Assembly: GCA_040081625.1 (NCBI GenBank)
Contig: JBEBGD010000047.1
Span: 1 to 38,925 of the forward strand
Length of the DNA: 38,925 bases
Source: Chthoniobacteraceae bacterium
GTDB taxonomy: Bacteria > Verrucomicrobiota > Verrucomicrobiia > Chthoniobacterales > Chthoniobacteraceae
Direction: 5' to 3'
In this document: in pieces, positions 9,088-15,085 of the stretch
Position numbering within the stretch: position 1 is the first letter of the stretch
How the letters are laid out: each line of letters starts with the position of its first letter
Position numbers and translations under genes: made by a program
Notes under the pieces: model-generated
What the model was told of the DNA's origin: nothing
The model's database searches: none
What the model saw: the letters and a program-made list of their open reading frames with translations, nothing else

Positions 9088-9615
9088 ATGAGCACCGAAA
9101 CTCCTCCCGTTCCCGATCAGTCAGGACCAAGTCGCCAGTCGAGATCCGGCCTCGGCGGGCCGCAGTGGAAAGTCACGCTCATGGTGGTGCTTTGGGCGAT
9201 GGTCGTTGGAGCCGTTGGGTTTCAAGTAGGTCGCAGTAGGCAGCCGGAGGTCGTTTACCAAGTCCCCGGCGACGACGATCTCCTGGTTGTCAACGGCTGC
9301 GTCGTCAACGCTTGCAACTACCTCGCCAGCCTGCGCGCGCGCCATCGGCTCGAGCCTCATTTTTGGTCGCGCGTGATGCTCGTGCGCTACGACAACAACG
9401 ATTCCGGCCACGCCTACTGCATTTGGGAAACCGACGGCCATCTCTTCGGCTACGACCGGAACGCGGGCGGCTACCCGATTCCCACCACGAGCCGCGAGCC
9501 GAAGGAAATCGCCGCGGCAATGGCGGGCGAGCTTGGCAAAGTGTTGCAAAAGCACATGATCGTGAGTAGCGCCGAGTTCATCGAACCGGCCAACACGCGC
9601 ATCCATGCTTTTTAA
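9088..9615 (+). CDS. Membrane-anchored hypothetical protein, possible Cys-His-Asp (transglutaminase/papain-like) enzyme
   Basis: One TM helix, then NGCVVNAC, SGHAYCIWE and LFGYD; ATG at 9088. Confidence 0.6.
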   Translation: MSTETPPVPDQSGPSRQSRSGLGGPQWKVTLMVVLWAMVVGAVGFQVGRSRQPEVVYQVPGDDDLLVVNGCVVNACNYLASLRARHRLEPHFWSRVMLVRYDNNDSGHAYCIWETDGHLFGYDRNAGGYPIPTTSREPKEIAAAMAGELGKVLQKHMIVSSAEFIEPANTRIHAF

Positions 9616-9856
9616 CAAACCCCGACGCTCCGGCTTCACGCTGCTCGAAGTCTCGCTCGTCATCTTCATCATTTTCCTGCTCATCCTCGCGCTGATCCCT
9701 GCCTTCCGCGGCAAGCGTGCGGAGAAGCGCTACCATATCCTCCCGCCGCCCACTCCTCCCGCGCGCATCGGCACGCCGATGCCGATCCTCGATGCGCCCC
9801 CGGTCGATCCGAAGCTGCCCACGCCATCGCCGGCCGCCACGCCGCAGCCGAACTGA
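9605..9856 (+). CDS. Small prepilin-type protein with Pro-rich tail
   Basis: Class III signal RRSG/FTLLEV followed by a hydrophobic helix. Confidence 0.7.
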   Translation: MLFNKPRRSGFTLLEVSLVIFIIFLLILALIPAFRGKRAEKRYHILPPPTPPARIGTPMPILDAPPVDPKLPTPSPAATPQPN

Positions 9857-9879
9857 GCGCGGCATCGCCCCGTCCCGCG

Positions 9880-10974
9880 ATGTCGGACATCACGGCCCAG
9901 CATAAATTTGCCTGCCCCTCTTGCGGTGGCGAAGCGCAATGGAACCCGGCGAAAGACGCGCTCGTCTGCCCGTATTGCGGCACGGTCTCGCCCGCGAAGC
10001 TCGACGCCGAGAGCGGAGAAATAACCGAGCACGACCTGGTCGTCTCGTTGCGCAGCATCGACGACAGTCAGCGCGGATGGGATGTGGAAAGGGTGTCCGT
10101 CAAGTGCCAGAGCTGCCAGGCGGTGAGCGTCTTCGACCCGAGCCGCGTGGCGCAGCGCTGCGATTTCTGCGGCTCGTCGGCGCTCATCCCGTTCGAGCAG
10201 CAGAAGCGGCCGATCCGGCCGGAGAGCCTGCTTGAGTTCAAGCTCGCCGAGACAGCGGTGCGCGACTCGGTTCGCGCGTGGTTCGGTTCGCGATGGTTCG
10301 CGCCAAACGCGCTCAAGCGCCGCGCGCTCACCGACATCGTCCACGGCATCTACATCCCGTATTGGACCTTCGATGCCCAGGTCCACGCCGACTGGACCGC
10401 GATGGCCGGCGACTACTACTACGAGACGGAGCGCTACACCGACTCGAACGGCCGCTCGGGAACGCGCCAGGTGCGCAAGGTCCGCTGGTATCCGAGCAGC
10501 GGCTCGCTCGAGCATTTCTTCGACGACGAACTCGTGCCCGCGTCGAAAGGCGTGCAACTCGATCTCCTGCGCAAAGTCGAACCCTTCCCGACGACGAGCG
10601 ACCTCAAGGCCTACAATGCCGGGTTCCTCAGCGGATGGGTCGTCGAGCAATACCAGATCGACCTCATCGCGGCCGCGCAGCATTCGCAGCAGCAAATGGA
10701 CGCGAAGACCCGCACGCTCTGCGCGGCGCAAGTGCCCGGCGACACGCATCGCGATCTCGAAGTCGCCGCCGACTATTCGCGGCAGACATTCAAGCACGTG
10801 CTCGTGCCCGTGTGGCTCGTGAGCTACACCTACGGCTCGCGCGTCTTTCAAGTCGTCGTCAACGGCTACACCGGCGCGATCGCCGGCAAGTATCCCACAA
10901 GCTGGGTGAAGGTCGCGTTGCTCGTTATCGCGATCGTTCTCGTCCTCGTCATGATCCTCGGCTCTCGAAACTAG
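9880..10974 (+). CDS. Zinc-ribbon membrane protein, typical SPFH-operon partner (YdjG-like)
   Basis: Four CxxC motifs (CPSC, CPYC, CQSC, CDFC), GIYIPYWTFD, VVVNGYTG, C-terminal TM helix. Confidence 0.85.
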   Translation: MSDITAQHKFACPSCGGEAQWNPAKDALVCPYCGTVSPAKLDAESGEITEHDLVVSLRSIDDSQRGWDVERVSVKCQSCQAVSVFDPSRVAQRCDFCGSSALIPFEQQKRPIRPESLLEFKLAETAVRDSVRAWFGSRWFAPNALKRRALTDIVHGIYIPYWTFDAQVHADWTAMAGDYYYETERYTDSNGRSGTRQVRKVRWYPSSGSLEHFFDDELVPASKGVQLDLLRKVEPFPTTSDLKAYNAGFLSGWVVEQYQIDLIAAAQHSQQQMDAKTRTLCAAQVPGDTHRDLEVAADYSRQTFKHVLVPVWLVSYTYGSRVFQVVVNGYTGAIAGKYPTSWVKVALLVIAIVLVLVMILGSRN

Positions 10975-12003
10975 ATGCATACGCTGACCGACCAACTTCG
11001 CCGCGGCGCCGATCTCGATCTCGCGCAAGTCGAGAGCGCCGTCGCGCAGCTCATCGATCCCGGCGTCCCGGACGACGCAAAGGGCGACTTCCTGGTTGCG
11101 CTGCGCGACAAGGGCGAAAGTGCACGCGAGATCGCCGCGTTTGCGCGCTGCATGATCGCTCGCGCCGTCGATCCGAAGATCGAACCCGCGCGCGTGCGCG
11201 GGCCGATGCTCGACGTGTGCGGCACCGGCGGCGACAAGCTCGAACTCTTCAACGTCTCGACCGCAGCGATGTTCATCCTCGCCGCGGGCGGCGCGTGCGT
11301 GGTCAAGCACGGCAACCGCGCCATCACCAGCAAGTGCGGCGGCGCGGACGTGCTCGAGGAACTCGGCGTGAAGATCGACCTGCCGCCGGAGCGCCTGCGC
11401 GAGTGCGTCGAGGAGCACGGACTCGGCTTCATCTTCGCGCCGCTCTACCATCCGGCGTTCAAGGCGATCGTGCCCGTGCGCCGCGCGCTCGCGGAGCGGG
11501 GGATCGCGACCGTCTTCAACCTGCTCGGCCCGCTGCTCAATCCCGCGCGCCCGGCCTATCAACTCGTCGGGATTTTCTCCCCGGTGCTGCTGCCGAAATA
11601 CGCCGACGCGCTCGCCGAACTCGGCCGCGCGCGGGCATGGGCGGTCCATGGCAGCGGGATGGATGAGCTCTCGCTGTGCGGCCCGAGCGAAGTGCGCGAG
11701 ATCGCCGACGGTCGCGTGAGCGAGCTGCGCGTCGATCCGCGCGAACTCGGGCTTTCGCTGTGCAAAGTGGACGAACTTCGCGGCGGTGATCGCGCGGCGA
11801 ATGCGCGCATCCTTCTCTCGATCCTCGATGGCGAGGAGTGCGGACCGAAGCGCGACCTCGTGCTTCTCAATGCGGCGGCTGGATTCGTCATCACCGGCCT
11901 CGCGCCGGATCTCGCGGCGGCGCTAGCGCTGGCGCGCGAGCAGATCATGAGCGGTCGCGCGCGGGCGAAACTGCGCGCCTTGCAAACGCTCCCGACCGCA
12001 TGA
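10975..12003 (+). CDS. trpD: Anthranilate phosphoribosyltransferase
   Basis: DVCGTGGD, FNVST, KHGNRAITSKCGGADVLE, FNLLGPLLNP, GMDE. Confidence 0.96.
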   Translation: MHTLTDQLRRGADLDLAQVESAVAQLIDPGVPDDAKGDFLVALRDKGESAREIAAFARCMIARAVDPKIEPARVRGPMLDVCGTGGDKLELFNVSTAAMFILAAGGACVVKHGNRAITSKCGGADVLEELGVKIDLPPERLRECVEEHGLGFIFAPLYHPAFKAIVPVRRALAERGIATVFNLLGPLLNPARPAYQLVGIFSPVLLPKYADALAELGRARAWAVHGSGMDELSLCGPSEVREIADGRVSELRVDPRELGLSLCKVDELRGGDRAANARILLSILDGEECGPKRDLVLLNAAAGFVITGLAPDLAAALALAREQIMSGRARAKLRALQTLPTA

Positions 12004-12043
12004 GAGCGCGGACTGGCACACGCGGCGGCGCTCAGGTATAGAC

Positions 12044-13423
12044 GTGGCCATGCCGTCCCTGCCCGCCGAAGGTGCTCCAGCCGCGACTCCCGGCCCGCTC
12101 GTCCCGCGGGGCGCGACGCAGCCGCTCGCCGCGAGTGAACCGGCTGTGCTCAGCGCGGAGGTGCATGAGTTCATGGGCCGCGCGCCGCACTGGCTGTTGC
12201 GCTCGGGCACGATGGCGCTCGCGTGCGTGGTCGTGGTGCTGTTCGGGCTCGCCATCGTGATCAAATATCCCGACACGATCACCGCGCGCATTACCGTCAC
12301 CGGCACGCAGCCCGTGGTGGAAGTGATCGCGCGACAGGGCGGCCATCTCGAGAGTTTGCGAGTGGAGGAGGGGCAGAAAGTCATCAAGGGCCAGATCCTC
12401 GCGATCATCGCCAGCCCGGCGCGCTCGGAAGTCGTGCTCGCACTTGGCGCGAAGCTCGCGCTGCTCACTCAGGCGGCGCTGGGGCAGGGCGCGATGCCTG
12501 ATCTTTCGTTCAAGGCGGAGGACGGGCTCGGGCGGTTGCAGGATTCCTACGCGGAGTTTCTCAACGCCTACAATCAACTCCGAAGCCGGCTTGCCGATGA
12601 CTACTCGGAAAAGGCCGCGTCCCTTTTGCGCGATCAGCTCGCCGGCAAGCGCACGCAGATCGCTTCGCTCCGCCAGCAGGGCGAGATGAGCGTCCGCGGC
12701 GTGGCGCTCGCGAAGGAGAAATACGAGCGGATGAAAGTGCTCCACGAGCGCGCATCGATCAGCAACAGCCAGCTCGACGAATCGGAGATGGTGCTGCTCC
12801 AGGAGATGCGCGCGGATACGATGGCGCAGCGGGCGTTGACGGACTCGGAGATCGAGGCGGCGCGGCTTGAGAAGGAGCTGCGCGACCTCGCGCACGAGCG
12901 GTCCGAGTCGCTGCGCGTCTCGCGCGAGCTTTTGCGCGCGAACCTCAACAAGCTGCGCGGCGAGATCGACGTGTGGGAGGCCGATTTCGTCCTGCGCGCG
13001 CAAGGCGACGGGGTCGTCGCGTTTTACGACTTCTGGAGTGTGCAGCAGTTTGTCGCGCAGGGGCGGCAGGTCTTTCTCGTGGTGCCGGAGACGACGCAAC
13101 TCGTCGGCCGGATGGCGGTGAACCAGGGCGGCGCGGGGAAGATCAAGCCGGGCCAGACGGTGCGCGTCCGGCTCGACGATTTTCCGTATCGCGAGTTCGG
13201 CGTCGTGACGGGGAAGGTGCAGTCGATCTCGATGGTCGCGCGCGACGGTGCAAACCTCGTGCTGATCGACCTGCCGCATCCGCTGGTGACCAGTTTCAAG
13301 CGGACGATCCAGTTCAAGCAGGAGATGGCGGGGCAGGCGAGCATCGTCACCGAGGACATCCGGCTGATCGGACGCGTGCTTTATGAAATCCGGCGCGCGT
13401 TCGTGAACAACACGCAGGCCTGA
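12044..13423 (+). CDS. HlyD-family type I secretion adaptor
   Basis: SAEVHEFMGRAPHWLLRSG plus TM, lipoyl half-motif, long coiled coil, GKIKPGQTVRVRLDDFPYREFG. Confidence 0.92.
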   Translation: MAMPSLPAEGAPAATPGPLVPRGATQPLAASEPAVLSAEVHEFMGRAPHWLLRSGTMALACVVVVLFGLAIVIKYPDTITARITVTGTQPVVEVIARQGGHLESLRVEEGQKVIKGQILAIIASPARSEVVLALGAKLALLTQAALGQGAMPDLSFKAEDGLGRLQDSYAEFLNAYNQLRSRLADDYSEKAASLLRDQLAGKRTQIASLRQQGEMSVRGVALAKEKYERMKVLHERASISNSQLDESEMVLLQEMRADTMAQRALTDSEIEAARLEKELRDLAHERSESLRVSRELLRANLNKLRGEIDVWEADFVLRAQGDGVVAFYDFWSVQQFVAQGRQVFLVVPETTQLVGRMAVNQGGAGKIKPGQTVRVRLDDFPYREFGVVTGKVQSISMVARDGANLVLIDLPHPLVTSFKRTIQFKQEMAGQASIVTEDIRLIGRVLYEIRRAFVNNTQA

Positions 13424-14598
13424 TGCGTGCCGGTGGTGTCGCCCTGAAGATTCAGCGCCGCCGCTACACTCGCGCCGCCGTATTCGAGGTGTTCATCCAC
13501 ATCCACATCCGCGAGCGGACCGGCGCGAACCGCGACATCGTCGGGCTGCACGAGGCGTTCCTGGACGACGGGCACATCTGCATGGCGTTCGAGCGTCACG
13601 GACGGAGCCTCGCGGAAGTGCTCGACCGCGGGCCGCTGCCGCCCGACCGCGTCGTGCGCGTGACGCGCCAGTTGCTCGGTGCGCTCGATCGGATGCACCG
13701 CTGCGGCTACGCGCACACCGACGTAAAGCCCGGCAACATCCTCTACTCGCCCCGCACCGGCGAGGCGCGGCTCGCCGACCTCGGCTGCGCCGACAATCGC
13801 TTTCACCAGGGTTCGCAGCCCGGCACTCGCGAATACACCGCGCCCGAATTGATCCTCGGCGCGCCGCAGGGCGCGAGCCTCGATCTTTGGGGCCTCGGCT
13901 GCACGGTCTTCGAGATGCTCACGGGCCGGCTGCTGTTCAGCCCCCGCAAGGTCGCGGCGAAGAAGTATCGCGAGTTCAGCCACGGCGCCGACGCCGTCGA
14001 GGTGCCGCTGGCACCGAGTGAGCGGCAGGACCGCTTGGTCGAGCGGGCGGAGCAGTTCAAGCGCGGCGACTTGATCGCCGGAAAATATCGGCTCGACCGC
14101 AGGCTTGGCAGCGGACGCTACGCGACGGTGTGGTCTGCCACGCGGATTTCCGATCGCAAGCTCGATGGTTCCTACGACACGCTCTGGGGCTACGCGCAGC
14201 GCCAGTCCGACGGCGCGGCGACGAAGACGGAGCGCGAGCGCCTCGACCGGGAATGGCGCAAGGCGAAAGGGGCCGACGACCTGCTCGACCTCGCTCTCAA
14301 CTACGAGCATCTCCTTCTCATAGCCGCGATCTGCGGCCCGTTCCCGCCCGGCGTGATCGATGGTGCGCGTTATCGGGACTCTTATTTTGAATCTGCGGGT
14401 GGATTCCGATTCGAGCCGAAGATCGGGCGCGACACTTTGCGCGAACGCTTGCGCCGCATTGGCGGGCTGCGGGGAAGGTCACTCGACGGCGCGACCGAAT
14501 TCCTTCGTGGACTGCTGCAGCTCGACCCTGCGCGGAGGGCCAGCGCGGCGGATTCGCTCAAATCTCCGTGGCTGGCGAGCACGACACCTGCTTTATGA
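13423..14598 (+). CDS. SRPK/CMGC-like Ser/Thr protein kinase with internally displaced subdomain I
   Basis: VALK, HTDVKPGN, ADLG, GTREYTAPE, DLWGLGCTVFEMLTG, LDPARRASA...PWL. The G-loop GKYRLDRRLGSGRYATVW lies near aa 215-239. The ATG overlaps the HlyD TGA. Confidence 0.9.
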   Translation: MRAGGVALKIQRRRYTRAAVFEVFIHIHIRERTGANRDIVGLHEAFLDDGHICMAFERHGRSLAEVLDRGPLPPDRVVRVTRQLLGALDRMHRCGYAHTDVKPGNILYSPRTGEARLADLGCADNRFHQGSQPGTREYTAPELILGAPQGASLDLWGLGCTVFEMLTGRLLFSPRKVAAKKYREFSHGADAVEVPLAPSERQDRLVERAEQFKRGDLIAGKYRLDRRLGSGRYATVWSATRISDRKLDGSYDTLWGYAQRQSDGAATKTERERLDREWRKAKGADDLLDLALNYEHLLLIAAICGPFPPGVIDGARYRDSYFESAGGFRFEPKIGRDTLRERLRRIGGLRGRSLDGATEFLRGLLQLDPARRASAADSLKSPWLASTTPAL

Positions 14599-14626
14599 TA
14601 ATTGTGGATTAGGTCCAAAATTATCG

Positions 14627-14655
14627 TTGACGCTGGCCGTAGATTTTCTCACTGT
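14627..14655 (+). promoter_or_regulatory. Possible sigma70-like promoter for the precursor gene
   Basis: TTGACG (14627-14632), 17-bp spacer, weak -10 CACTGT; AT-rich sequence upstream. Confidence 0.3.
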
Positions 14656-14702
14656 CGGCTCGCCTGCCACACCCGTGGCGGGCGAAACCAAAACAAAACA
14701 GA

Positions 14703-14948
14703 ATGAAAACCAGCATCCTCGATAGGTTCGCCGCAGACGCCATCAACGCGCCCGCGGCCATCACGGGCGGCGGCGGCAAGTGCGCCAAGTCCTCCCGCAA
14801 GAGTCGCGGCGGAAGCCGCAGCAAATCCCGCAAATCCAAACGCAGCAAGAAGTCGGGCAGTTCACGGTCCGGCGGCTCGAAGAGCGCGCCTAACGTGTGC
14901 GCGCCTCCGCCTCCGGTCTGCAAACTCGGACCCGGCCGCTGCGACTAG
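14703..14948 (+). CDS. Double-glycine-leader precursor peptide with Ser/Arg/Lys-rich core and 4 Cys
   Basis: Leader MKTSILDRFAADAINAPAAITGG; located between the kinase and the C39 ABC transporter; A-rich initiation region aaaacaaaacagaATG. Confidence 0.85.
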   Translation: MKTSILDRFAADAINAPAAITGGGGKCAKSSRKSRGGSRSKSRKSKRSKKSGSSRSGGSKSAPNVCAPPPPVCKLGPGRCD

Positions 14949-15016
14949 GCGGCTGAGGAAGCGATGCGACGGAGTTCATCCGACGCGGGTCGCTTTCTGA
15001 TTCGGTTATCTCAACG

Positions 15017-15050
15017 ACAGGAGAGCTTGCAAAAGCTCTCCTGTTTTTTT
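15017..15050 (+). terminator. Intrinsic terminator after the precursor gene
   Basis: Perfect 12-bp stem acaggagagctt/aagctctcctgt with GCAA loop, followed by a T run. Confidence 0.9.
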
Positions 15051-15085
15051 GTCCGCGAAGCGTGGTAGAACGCGCGCCGTCGCCG

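Noticed and set aside
14621..14923. Minus-strand 100-aa ORF over the precursor
   Set aside because: Antisense to the better-supported GG-leader peptide gene.
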